From positions 682,001 through 746,000 of the forward strand of contig CDLV01000013.1 of the NCBI GenBank assembly GCA_001244265.2: a stretch of 64,000 nucleotides of DNA. Reading direction: 5' to 3'. This document shows, one piece after another, positions 1-12,452 of the stretch; position 1 is the stretch's first letter; each line of letters opens with the position of its first letter. This DNA is from Microbotryum violaceum. Lineage: Eukaryota. The position numbers were made by a program, and so were the translations under genes. The notes beneath the pieces are model-generated. The model was not told the DNA's origin and made no database searches. It saw only the letters and a list, made by a program, of their open reading frames with translations.

Positions 1-696
1 GGCTGACTTGAGCCATTTCCCTTCAAGCGCAAACGACTGAGACAATAGCACGAGGACGAGAGACCCCGTCTCGGTATAATAGAGGTACCCGAAGAACCAA
101 GCGATCGGGAATGTGGCTATGAAGATTGCTTCTGAGCTGAGGCTTAGACCGCGTAGTTTTGTTGTCTTGACAGCCTTTTCATGTCCTTTGATCTTTTGTG
201 GCGTCGGTGTATTTTCTTGAAGTGTTTCAAGGAGTCCGGATACTACGTAGGGTAGATAGCTGAGGAAGAGAAAATTGACCGCACGTAGGCCGGCGGTCGA
301 GCAGAGGTATGGCCGCAGCGGAGCGATGAGGTAGGCTGGAATGGCCGATATGAGGTATCTTGAGCATGCGTTGAAGAGCCAAAAGTCAGCAAGTTTGAAC
401 ATCTCCCCTTTGAGCGAACACCGTGGCCAGTCCTCCGTGGCTCAACCCCCACATACCCCCTTTCAAAATAGAACACACTCCAGTGAAACAGAGGTTACTC
501 ACAACCCGGGCGGAGTCGTCAACGCCGGATCCCAGAAACCAAAATCTCCTCTGCAATATGCCCGAGCTTGAGGTATATGGATCATTTCGTCCATGTACGG
601 CGTGGGACCGACGTTCTTGAGCACCGTGTAGAAGGTGAGGAGGTTGATTGCATGGTAAGCTGCTGTGAGAGCTCCGTTCGTCTTGCGAGACAACAT
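1..696 (-). CDS. ALG10: ALG10/DIE2 alpha-1,2-glucosyltransferase, 5' part; runs off the window start
   Basis: ORF 499-696 encodes [33 protein letters not shown], the N-terminal DIE2/ALG10 motif, followed by a GTGAGT donor. Confidence 0.85.
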
Positions 697-1194
697 GGAT
701 CTAGAAGTACACGGATGACGCTGGTCAGGTGGTTCTGCACCTTGGGACGCGATCGGACGTGAGCTCGGGGTGGGGAAGGGAGAAGAGGCTGAGAGTCACA
801 CCGCGGAAGACACGAGTCTCCGGCCTGAATGGGTCGCTCACAATTTTTCGAAATCGTCCCCCAGCTCTTCCATCAACAAGCAACGCAGCCCAACACCAGC
901 AACGCAGCTCAACAGAATCGGCAATTCACAGACTTACGTGGACCAGACACAGATGACAGATTGATTTGCAAAAGGCAAAGGGTAGGTGAGCTACAGGATG
1001 GCCAAAATTGGCACGAGGGCCACAACGTGCTCGGGGAAGATCACGCTGTTTATATATAGTATACGAAAAAACCGAAGCAGCGGGTGCGAAGAACAGAGAA
1101 TGATTGGAAGAGAAGAAAGGGGAAGGAGGAGGCCTATCACAGACAAAGTAAACGTAAAACAAAGTGTCTTTTGGCCGCACGCGTCGATCCTGCA

Positions 1195-2091
1195 TCATTT
1201 GGATCCAGTTCGGGCCCAATCGAGATGGGCACCGACAGCTTGCAATCGCTCCATAGCTACCTTCCGCAACTGCTCGAACGCGAGCTTTTGTCGTTCCTCA
1301 TCCGAGATCACGGGAATACCATCGAACTGCGTCGGGTCCGTCATACTCGCGGACCCGGCTGTCTCGACGGCGCTGTCGGCAGGTCGCAAGATCTCCTGAC
1401 TCAAGCGTGACAAAGACGATTCGCCTCCCTTACGCATCACCGAAGCACCAACGAGTGACCTCGATCGTCGTTGGTCGATCAATCTCTCGACCAGGACTCT
1501 CCCCGCCGCACTTCTCGAGCTCCTCCTGCCGAGCTTGTTCGTCGACCTCCGGCCTCGGCCCTTGTCGTTCTCGCGAACGTCCTGTTCGTTATCATCAAAG
1601 AGCCCGCGACGACCCTCGCTCCATCGTTGCGGTTTTTTGAAGAGTTGATCAAAGTCCCATCGGTTGTAGCTCGTCGCTTCCATCGTCAGCGGATGAGCTC
1701 CGCTTCCCCCCTCGATCTGCGAGGTCGGTGGCGTCGATGCGACCGAAAAGGCTTCTTCGGCCGTTGGCATGTCGCCCGAGGATGACGAGACGAAGCTCGC
1801 ATTGGCGTTGCGATGCATGTACATTGGGCCCGCCATCGAGGATGAAGGCGTACCTGACCAGTTCGGTGATGAGAAGCCCGACCGGATCGCCGACAGGGTC
1901 TGCTGCTCGGGGCTGAAGAGGGGCGACGCATCTTCTTTCTCGGCATCGAAGGAGGAAAATGACGATGACGACGACGGAAAGGAAGCTGCTCCCGGAAAAG
2001 ATGAAGTCGATGCGTGCGTGGGTGGCATCGCCTCGACCTGGGAGCTCGGACCGGTTGCAAACGCGGCCCAATCAGAATCGAGACTTTGCAT
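1195..2091 (-). CDS. Hypothetical Ser-rich protein, apparently intronless
   Basis: Long ORF 1195-2562; plausible ATG at 2091 (MQSLDSDWAAF); no recognisable domain. Confidence 0.6.
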   Translation of the reverse strand: MQSLDSDWAAFATGPSSQVEAMPPTHASTSSFPGAASFPSSSSSFSSFDAEKEDASPLFSPEQQTLSAIRSGFSSPNWSGTPSSSMAGPMYMHRNANASFVSSSSGDMPTAEEAFSVASTPPTSQIEGGSGAHPLTMEATSYNRWDFDQLFKKPQRWSEGRRGLFDDNEQDVRENDKGRGRRSTNKLGRRSSRSAAGRVLVERLIDQRRSRSLVGASVMRKGGESSLSRLSQEILRPADSAVETAGSASMTDPTQFDGIPVISDEERQKLAFEQLRKVAMERLQAVGAHLDWARTGSK

Positions 2092-3873
2092 CTTGGTCGA
2101 CAGGTTCGACGGGTTGGTCGAGCCCTGATGATGGTTGGTGTTGCCATTGCTGGTGTGATCCAAAGAAACGGTCTTGGCGCCGAGCAGACGAAAGGACGAG
2201 GGCGGGGACGATGACGCCGAGTAGGACGAGGGGCTCCGAGCCGACGGCTGAGGGGGGATGAAGGAAGCCGGCGAGACGTGCTTGGCCAGCTCGTGCAGCG
2301 GACGCGTGGAACAAGCCACTGCAACGGCGTGGGAAGATGGGATCTGCGTCAGAACGGGTTGGGCAATGCGCTCTGGATGGTGTGCAATGGGACGTACTGT
2401 TGACACTGCAACGTTGCTGTGGGCAAGACTGCCACCACCAGCGGGCGAAACGACCTCACCTGCAGCTCCGGTAATCGAATCCGAACTCCGCACGCGGTAC
2501 GGCCGAGTGTGCGTCACGCGACAAGTCGAGTCGATGATCGCACTGTTCGCACACGGCAGCACACAGCAGGGGGTTACTCGCGAGGCTATAAGTCCTGAGG
2601 CGAGTACGGTATTGTCGGATGCATCCCACTCGCAAGAACGAGGCGGTTCGGTCGGTCAGAGGGTCGTGGCAGAGGTTAAGCGCGGTGCCAGGGGCGATCT
2701 ACGCTCGCCGCGATCGAGCCAAGTGCGGCAGAGTGAGGCCAACTTGAAGTGTGGCAGGCGGCTGTGGCCGATAGTTGGCCCTCCGCGCCGAGCTGGGACT
2801 TGTATAGGTGCCCTCACCGGGGGTCCTGGGCATATACGAGGTAATAACTGGCAGTGCATACATCGCACTTGAAGCCCATGTTGGCATTTCTCATATACCG
2901 CGGCCTCCCAGTTTGGGGCGATGACAGCTTTGCAAGCAATAGCTTGGTGCCACAAATGCTTCATTCAGTGCAACAATCCCTGTAGCTCTTTAGAGCTAAA
3001 GGTTTGCTCAAAAAATATAATAATAATAAATGGGCTTTATCGAAGTGTAAGCCCGAGTCTGATCTTTGTGAAAGTTGCAAATTCAGGTCTTAAGTCTCAG
3101 GCGCAGCCTTGTGTGGCCTGAGCGGTGCGACAGAGAAGTCTTTCGTGTTTTAGTCCCAGTTTTGAAACTTATTACAGCCTGATATGACCGGTGATGCCTA
3201 CTAGTGGCTCTCATCGCGACCTTATGTACCGTCGGCAGCACCACGCCGAAAGCGTTGTCGATTCCGGCCGGGAGCTGATTGGCCTTGAGCTGGTTTCCGA
3301 CTCTTTCTGAGGTTTCCAGGTTTTTGGGATCATCAAGCACCGAATCACCAGTACCGGAAGGCTTCAATAAATAGAGCCAAGAGGTTCCAAGCTTGGTGAG
3401 GCCGAGCTTGTGCGTACCCAACTCGAGACAGAGTGATCGACAGGGGCATGTCGCACAGAGAGGATGCGCCTGCTCAGACTATAGCACCGAGCTCCACTAG
3501 TCTCGACAAACGGTGGCATACTCACCTGGGAACACTCGCCCGGTCGGAATAGGGACATGGTTCTTCCAGGTACCCATATTTTGGTGCATCTCAATCGCTG
3601 AATTACCGAAGATGCTTAACGAAGATGCCATGTGCTTCACAGCGGCGTTGGCACGTTCGCAGCTTCCGCCAGCTGCGGCAACCGCCACATTCAGCGGCAG
3701 GTGCAGGGTCCAAATTCTCTGCACCAGCCGACCTTTTGTGTCCACGCCAGACGCGGCTTTAATTTCTGATATGTAGTGCATGCTCTTCCATGCAACTTGA
3801 TACTCGATCGCATCCCGCGACACCCTCTGAGCGACGTTTGCGTAACACAGGCGGCCGCACATCCGCCCGTACT

Positions 3874-5359
3874 CTAGACCCACAACGCGATCCCAGGTCT
3901 TCCTAGCCCATCCAACCTCGCCATTTCTTCCCACGTTCCATCCTCCTCCTTGACCTTACTCAAAACGACCTCATCCGAATCATGAACCGCAATAGCGACC
4001 CAAAGATCCTCCTCCCCATCTCCACCCTTCCTCTCCCTCTTACTCTCAGTAGAAAAAGCGAAATGCCTCGGACCCCTTCCTCCACAATCGATCAACTTCC
4101 TTCCTTTGGGTTCAACCTTGCCCGTATCGATATCGATGGGGAAGATGGCCACGGAATCGTTCTCCCCTTCTTTGGTCCCGTTCAAGGGATCATGATCCTC
4201 GGCTCGGTTCGCGATGTATAACCATTTCCCACTGGGGTGAACTTTGATTTCCGAAGCGTGCCATCGCTCGAAAGGGGATTGAGTACCCTTGGGTGCATCG
4301 GGGAGGGTCGAGATGGAATCTTGCAACAGTTCGAAGGAAGGGGTAGAGGCTTCGTTGTCGGCGTAGGTGACGCGGAAAACGCTGACGGAGTTGCTCAGTT
4401 CGTTCAAGACGTAGAGCGTCGAGCGAGAGACGGTAGGAGGGGAGAAGGCGACGTGACGAGGTCCGGAGGAAGGTGTGAGAGCGACGTCGACGTGGTGCGT
4501 GAGCGTTCCGGAGGGGGAGATGAGGTATACGCGGAGATCGTCGGTACCTGTTCGGCATCGAGAGGCCGAGTTCAGTCATAGGAGACCTTCAGGATCAGTC
4601 ATCCGCCAGGCGAACCCTCATGTCCGAGAATTTTTCCCTCACTTACCGAGATCTGAAACGACCAACACTTTCGCCGTCCGATCGACATGCGCCTCGTGAG
4701 GATGTTGTTGCGTCTGTCTCCACGAATGAGGTCCGGGGGTACCCCTCTCCGCCAGGGAATGGACGACTGTCTCGACCTCGCTATCGAAATCTCCATCCTC
4801 CTTCACTTGATGAACGACAATTGAACTTCCTTTGTAGTTGGTCGAGACAAATTTCCTGGGGTGGGTGTGTTCGAGGAGAGAAGAATGGCACGGCCACATG
4901 CCTAGCGAGGAGACGGTCGAAAGCTTTTTCAGCGCAAGGGTCTTGGGGTCGACTTTGTAGGCTGTGAGTAGGCCTTGAGGTTCGTTCCATTCATCCGTGG
5001 CGTCTGGAGGAGCGATATGTCACGTTTGGTATGAAATTTGGAGGAAAGATTGTCGGGTTTATCAGTCGGCATAGGGGCGTCGGAGATAGGGGTCGGTGGG
5101 CAAGTGGAGTCATGTCAGCACTGGTACAGTCCAGTCCAAACGCTAAGTCCCACTACTCACAAAGATAAGCCCGATCCGAACTCAACGTCAACCAAGTCGG
5201 CGCGGCCCCGGCACTTTTCACTACCGTAGACCCCTCCCCCCCACTTGATGGTCGCGTCTCAGTCAAGGTCGCCTTCTTTCCTTGCGAAGGTGGGGTGAAC
5301 TCCAAGGTGTAGATGCATCCTCCATATCCACCGACAAAGAGATGGTAAGGTTCTGCCAT
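3874..5359 (-). CDS. 7-bladed beta-propeller lactonase (6-phosphogluconolactonase/muconate cycloisomerase-like), multi-exon
   Basis: LFVGGYGGCIY N-terminus, RQTQQHPH, SDLG, ASEIKVHPSGKWLYIANR and GGRGPRHF motifs across ORFs 5153-5359, 4639-4899 and 3874-4407. Confidence 0.85.
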
Positions 5360-5768
5360 GAATCGTGGATGGTGCGCACGGTCTCGGGGTACGGAGAAGA
5401 GAGCTCGTGTGTGGGCTTCGGGGTGGGGGAAGAGGAATGACAGCGGAGCACGCAGTCAGCCGGCTGTGTTCCGTTCCGAAAGCACAGCGGACATTTCATG
5501 CGGAGCTTTACTCATCCTGGCGGAAAGGGCTGCATGTGGGCGCGGAGCACCGGCCCGCCCCCACGTCCCCGCGAGCACGAGCATCGATAAACAAGGAAAG
5601 GGCAGTACCAGCTAAGATACAGTGCAAGAGGTATACAGCAACACATGGAATGGCGACTGTTAAAAAGTACCTTCATCTCCGCCTTCCTTCACCCGATTAG
5701 GTCTCTTTCTACTCGACCTCTTATCAGCGTGAAAACTCCTCGGCACTCTTCGCAATCGATCCCTTACC

Positions 5769-7533
5769 TCAACTTCTCGTACTGCTCTTCTTGACCGTCC
5801 CACAACTGGAACACGTCCAAAAAGCATGTTGGTTCATCGTCGTACACGTACTACAGATCCAACCCTCGTCCAAATCCAATATCGATGGATCAGGAGCTCC
5901 TGCCTCCCGGGCGACCCGATGCGGACGAAACAACATAGTGGGTTTACTGGTATGCGGTCGCTCAGTCACGCACATCTCGCATGTCAAGAAGGGTAAGATG
6001 TTGTCGTAGGTGCAGGTCGGACAAGTCCAGCTGTCGCTCGTTGAAGAGGATGCCAAAGAAACACTCGAGGAAGTACGAGCCCCTGACGCAGGGCGATTCC
6101 TGGATCCATGTGGTTGTTGCGAAGTTGTCGAGGGCGTACTGGACGATGATCTGGTCTTCTTCGCTGAAGCTGCATTCGATGGCGGAGGAGGCTGTCGTTT
6201 CGACGGTACCCCAACGGACAAGATCTCAATCCCGTCCGAGCTCAAATTCGGGTCCGACTCCTGTTTGACCTTGGGAGGGACAAGATCACCGATAGCACGA
6301 GGAACATCTTCGTCTTCGCCATCCGAGTCCAATGTGAGGTCGACGACGTGAACAGTCCCATCGGCTTCAGCTTGGTCGATCTCGGCTTGGATGGCCGGGG
6401 GAAGGTGATGGTCTCCTGAATGATCGGCGCCACAAGCCTTGTTCGCTTGGGCTCGTCGTTCGGCCGCCTGTTATTGAAACCATACACAGTCAGAAACGGA
6501 GTCCGAGCATTGCGTTGCAGATCGACTCACCTCAGCCAGGATTTCCCCTCTTGTCTTCCCCTTGGTGAAGCCGATATCACCTCCCAACCTACCCCCCTTG
6601 CCCATCAATTTGCTCAACCTCATCCTTTCCTCCGCTTTCTTCAACGCCAATTCTCTCGCCTCTCCCATTGAAACATCATGGCTCCTCCCTACCCCAACCC
6701 GTTCCCCACGCCCGTGGAACCCTTCACCTGACCATCCGGTACTGACGAGCGCGTCGAATTCCTTGTTCAGTCCATCGAGAAAGGTGAAGAATTTGGTGTC
6801 GTGCGGTCCGTGGACGTTGTGTGTGAGTTCGTGGAGCATCGTTCCGATCAGCTGTTGGGGGAAGACCGGAAACCACGGGGTCAGCTCGAAGCTGTCGCAT
6901 CGACTTTTTGACATCACGTCCGCTGTCTGGGTTTTACAAATTGGATCAAGAGGGGCTCACATCTTCCAAAGGGTAGAACGAAGTCGGTCGATTGGCCGGC
7001 CTTAACCTCAAACAGATCTTTTCACCCCCATTGTAATTCACACCTGCTCTCGTGACACCCCAAGTCGTTCCACATCACGAGTCAGTTCCTTCAGTTTGCA
7101 CGTGAAAGCCCGGCTCAAAGGCGGTCCACGGACCTAGCAGATTCGATTGTTTGGGGAAGAATTCGACGAGTTTGGGTAAGGTCCAGCGGTGTTTCTTCAT
7201 GATAGGCTTGACGAGCTATAAAGGCCAGCAGTCGGGGGGATGAGTCAGAACGAAGGCGGACTAATTATGACATTGACGAGCGTAGTTCGTCCCAGGGTTG
7301 TGAAAGCGCGAGCTCCTCATACGTACGGAATGTATCTTCCTGAGCAATGTTAAGGCCTCCTAGTCGTTCGGAGGCCGTGAACAGTGCCATGTCAGCGAAA
7401 GCTCTCGCGCCATCCCGAGCAATGACGCGTCGCAACCACCCCTTCGCGCGAAACGAAGCCTCGGACTCACATCGGCTTTCGGTTGACTCTTGAGTACGGT
7501 GAATTCGAGCACCGCGCCCGCTGTCGAATTCAT
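5769..7533 (-). CDS. WSS1: Wss1-like DNA-protein crosslink metalloprotease (WLM domain) with two C-terminal RanBP2-type zinc fingers
   Basis: TMLHELTHNVHGPHD (HExxH), GFHGRGERVG, WTCPTCTYDN...CEMC and WICSTCTTMN...CSSC. Confidence 0.88.
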
Positions 7534-7792
7534 GATGGATAATGAACCGCAAATGATGATGTCGACCCGACACCAGCCACTCGTGCGGGCGGGCGAGCGG
7601 GCGGACGAGTGGGGTGGGCAGTCAAGGAGCGCGCTCACACGAGGAGCGAGACTGGTCTCACTTGCTTTCACAGTCACGTGACGGCGCGATCTTCGGGAAG
7701 CGCCGAGCTTTCCTTCGATTTGCGAGAGAGCCTGAAGTGCAAATTGGTCAGCCTGGTGAGCATGCAATGTAAAGGGTCCTACACACTGCCCA

Positions 7793-10466
7793 TCAAGCCT
7801 CAGACTCGTCCTCCTCTTCACTACCCTCACTGCCCTCGCTGCCTTCACTTCCGCCCTCCTCATCATCCTCCACCTCCAGCGCTGCAAAAGCGCCCAACAC
7901 GGCCCTCGCCGCCTTCTCATCCTCCACCTCCTCACTATCCCCCTCACTCTCCTCGTCCTCGTCCTCCGCACTCTCCTCCGTATCATCCTCACTCCCACTC
8001 TGCTCCTCCTCCCCCTCTTCCTCTCCCACCAACCTCCTCCCCCTCCTCTCCTCCTTCTCACTGCCGACCTTCCCCCCGCCGACAAACCCCTTCAACCAAA
8101 TACCCTCCTCCCCTCCCTCCCCACCCACATCCCCCTCCTTGAAATCAGGTCTAAAACCCCACGGGATCCCACTCGCATGCAACTGCCTCAACACGAACGC
8201 ACCCGCTCGGTATAAATCAGGTCGTCCCGCTTTGGCGGTGATGAAGCCTTGGGAGAGGGCGTATTCGGTCAAGAGGGAATCGGTCGTCCATTCCGGAAGG
8301 GGCTTATCGTCGAATGCATTGGGGTCGTAGGAAGGGTGTTGGATCTTTAAAGGTGTTTCGAGGGGCATGCGTTGCGCGACAAAGTGCAACACGGGCTCGA
8401 CCTTTTGGGACAGAGGAGGATCAGCCGCTGCGCGTGATTGGGTACCTGCTTGGTCCGCAGACTCACGTTCTGAATAGGGAGGATCCCCGAAAGTACTTGA
8501 CGCTCCATTCCCGCGAATGAAGGGCACACAAGACCTGTAGCAAGAACTCAACCCATCAGCTCCCAATGCCCCTTCTCCACCTCCGAACCCATAGCAACTG
8601 ACCAGGACAATCGCACAACCGAATCGTCGAGTTCCAGAAAATTGTCTGCAGCGTCTTGGTCTTGCCCGGGGTCCTCGAAGCCCTGACAACCTTCTTCCCC
8701 AAAAGGGCATTCAACAGACTTGACTTTCCGACGTTGGGTTGTCCGATCAAGCCGATGGTGAGATAAGGGTATTCTTCGTCGTCTTCACCTGCGGTTTCGG
8801 CGTGTTCGGTCTCGGCATCGGGATCACCCTCTTGTTCCTCCTCTTCCTCTTCCTCCTCCGCAGCTTCTCCGATTTCCCCTGTCGGCTTTCTCATCACGAA
8901 CCCGTCGACCTTTTTCGCCCTCCTACTCTTCTTCCCCCCTCGAATACCCGTCCTCACCTCCTTCCCACCCCCTCGTTCCAACCTCTTCCTCTCCTCATCT
9001 CTCTTCCTCACCACCTCCTCATCCTCCACCGTATCCCACTGCACCCCTCTCCTCACCCTCGGCCTCCACCTTGCCACTCTCTCAGGATACCCCCTCGCTC
9101 CCTCAGGAGGTTCCAACAACTCCTTATGCGCCTTCTTCAACGCGCCCAATAAATCCTGTCGATTCGCCAAAGGAGCAGCAGGTACGTAACGCGCTTGAGT
9201 ACCTTGGCTTAAAGCTGAACGTTCAATCTCTCGATAAGCTTGCATTTGAACGACTTGAGCTCCTTCCGGACCTTCCCGTTCTTCAAAGTATTTGGTCCAG
9301 GCTGTGGCGAGGTAAGGCGGTACGAGGTCCGTTTTGGTCAGGACGAGGATCACCTGTGGTAGAGAGGACGCCGAGTTCCCTCTGTGAGCGGGGAATTTTG
9401 GAGGTGCAGAGGGGGGGGGGAGGGGAATTCTTGGGGACGTACCTTTTTCTTGGGTCGAAGAGTCTTGACGTATTGTTCCAAAGCGGGTGGGTAATGGATC
9501 AAAGGGAAGCGAACATCTGTTCAAGTAACGCGCGTGACTCATCAGGTCCGATCAAAGAGAGAGAGAGAGAGCGAGACGGGAGGGCGACTGACCGACGAGA
9601 ATGAGCAAAATCGACGAAACCTCGCTGACTCGCCACAACTGTCGCCAAACTTGGAGATTACGTTCGTAGAAAGAAGGGGAGGTACGAAGGGGTCCAGCCG
9701 CTTGGGCCATTTCGGCATGTTGCGCAAGTAGTTCGTCGGTCGAGTCGAGCCATTTTTTGAACATCTCCTCTGCGGACGAGCGAGGTGTCAGGTCAACGTC
9801 AAGGCAGATTCTTCATCGGGCGAGCTCGCAGCGGACTGACCTTCGTTCTTTTCAACTTCAAGTTTGGTCATGGTATACTTCCATTTCGGTCTCTTTGGAC
9901 AGGTCAGTTGAACCTGCAGATCCTTGAATTCGAGCGGCAACAATTCTTCTTCCCTCAGAATTCCACGTACGGAAGCGACGGGGCGTTCTAGGGGTTCGGT
10001 CGAAGCGACGAGTCGAAAGTGTTGGATGAGGTCGAGGGGGAGTTTGAGGAAACGCGATTCGAGCTTCATCTTGCCGTTCGCTTTGGCCATCTCTTCGGGT
10101 GTTCGACGCGAGGGGAAGGTGTGGCGTTTCCTCACGAGCACGGAGGTCGAGTTGGGGTGGGGGGTCGATGAGGTTGAGGCACGACCACCACCCCCGTTGT
10201 TAGCGTGTCCGGCGAGAACAGAGCGATAGGGTGAGGCTGTGCCGCTGTCGGCGGTGACGAGGGTTGCGGTTGAGGGAGTTGCCTGAGTGAGTTGGTCATG
10301 TTGATCACGTTTGGTCGCTCTGTGGGCTTGTAGCTTTTGCTTCTTGTTCTTGGCCGAGTTGGGTTTCTGGGGGATGAGGAAGTGAAGGTACGAGATGAGG
10401 TCAGATCAGCTCAGGTGTAGCCATAGCGATGCAGTACTATTGCAGCGTGTTTACCCTCCTGGCCAT
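7793..10466 (-). CDS. Circularly permuted GTPase, GNL1/LSG1 family, multi-exon, acidic C-terminal tail
   Basis: YERNLQVWRQLWRVSE, G4 LTKTD before G1 GQPNVGKSSLLN, G3 DCPG, TAKAGRPDLYRAG; N-terminal KKQKLQ segment resembles GNL1. Confidence 0.85.
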
Positions 10467-10698
10467 GTTGAAGATCGGATTGTGGTCGGAGCCGAGCTGT
10501 AATGTCGGACGGTGTGTGTGCAAAGGCGCCAAAGTGGCGCGCCGCGGTGACAATTCACGCTCAGCTTCTCAAATGCGCATTAGTAGCACTTACTAGTACT
10601 GAAACTGACCGCCGTCTCTTCGGGGGCTAGTGATCAGCTAGCTTCGTTCAGCCGTCACACCTCTGCTCGTCCCAACACGAACGACTGTCTCTCTGAAG

Positions 10699-11993
10699 AT
10701 GGTTCGCAGTACGATCATTGCTCGGACAACAGACGGTCAGTCCCCCACTCTTGGTCGCGGTACATACTGATCCAGCTTCAAGCTGACACATCTTGATCCC
10801 CCCATCCCGATCTTGGGTCACTCGACTCGAACACGTGAACGTGCCCCGACTCCAACTCACGACTCGTCGACAGGTCTGCCCTTGGCTGCTTCCAATGACG
10901 ATGATGAACAGGTTCGTCCCGACCGAAAAACATACGTTGCGACCCACAAGATCGAGGGCGGACTGGATTGGACTCGACTCGAGGCGATCGCGCCAAAAGT
11001 GGCCGGTTCAACTTGTCACTGAGCCCCTCATTGCTGCTGCTCGCTCCAGCAGAGCACAGCATGGCTCTCATCCAACACAACACATATATTGTCTGTGCGA
11101 TTTTCAGTCGACGCTGACACGCTGTACACTCCATTTCTTCCCCTTGTTCGGACCTACCTTTCTTCATATTCTTCCTCCTGCAATCGACGCTCCACAAATA
11201 AGGACCCCAAGTTGCCCGAATACAAGCAACAAGCCAAGATGATCTTCCGTCGGGTCACCCCTCAGGCCGAACCGCGTTGCTCGATCGAATCCGGCGCTTG
11301 CACACTCCAGTCAGTCTCCTCGATATATCTCTGCTGAAAGTAGGCGCACCCCAGCCCATCTCAAACCACGTTCAACTTTCCCCCCCATCCCAGCTACTTG
11401 ATCAGCGACTCGATCATCTATCTCGTCATCGCCGACAAGTCGTACCCTCGTAAACTCGCGTTCGCTTATCTCTCCGAGTTATCGACCGAATTCGCTCGCT
11501 CGTACCCTCCTTCCTCCTCTCTCAAACCCGGTCTTCGTCCTTACGCTTTCGTCAAATTCGACACCTTCATCCAAAGGACCAAACGCTTATATCTCGACCC
11601 ACGAGGAGCCGAAGCATTAGGAAAAGGTGCTTCCACAACCAACAATGGTCCCAGTTCAGGACTCGATCAACTCAACGAGGATCTACAAGACGTGACGAGG
11701 ATCATGACCAAGAACATGGAGGATCTCTTATGGAGAGGCGATTCATTGGATCGAATGTCCACAATGAGTTCAAGTTTGAGGGACGAGAGTTTAAAATACC
11801 GCAAGGCCGCGAGGCAAATTAATTTGGATGCGTTGTATAGGAAGTGGGCACCCGTCGGCGTGTTGGGCTTGTTCTTTTTATTCGTCGTTTGGTGGAAATT
11901 TTGTGAGTCAATCGAGTTGGTCGTTCCAACTAATCGAATTGACTGACGCTTTTTCTTTCTGATCTTTGAAATTGCTTCTCCTACAAAGGGTGA
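10699..11993 (+). CDS. SEC22: Longin R-SNARE Sec22
   Basis: MVRSTIIART..GLPLAAS, YPRKLAFAYL, RPYAFVKFD, VTRIMTKNMEDLLWRGDSLD, C-terminal TM helix; about 5 exons. Confidence 0.93.
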
Positions 11994-12452
11994 ATAAAAC
12001 AAAGAATCGACCCTCCAGAGTGCCCGATGAAAGTCTCAAAAACATCGTCACTCGCTTGCTCGCTCGCTCTCTCTTCCCTTTTTCTCAATTCCGCAGGACC
12101 GCTGTACACTCCACTCCCCTTATTTGTTATAATCACATTACGTTCGTTCCGTCCCGCCACACATGGACCGCGCGAGAACAAGTCAACCAGCCAAATAAGA
12201 GAGACACGAGAAAGCGTTGGTCCGAACCCACCCGCACCCAAAAGCACCGTCGAAGGCCCCACCAAAGCAGATATGGACCTTTGCAGCATTTCATTCACTT
12301 AGAGAGGTACACGGGCTAACGTAACAGCCCATACATTGGTGGCTTAAAATCTGGATGCTATTCTCTTAAACTCCCGATCCACTTCTTCATCCTGTGACTC
12401 ATTGCATGTGGAGTGCCAAGGGGGTCGCTTGAGATATGAGATGGAAACTCGC

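Noticed and set aside
2900-3800. Possible spliced gene on the minus strand (ORFs 3497-3934 and 3083-3421, GTGAGT donor near 3525)
   Set aside because: No recognisable domain and no consistent exon chain could be built
7609-9152. Pro/His-rich plus-strand ORFs
   Set aside because: Antisense shadows of Glu-rich GNL1-like exons
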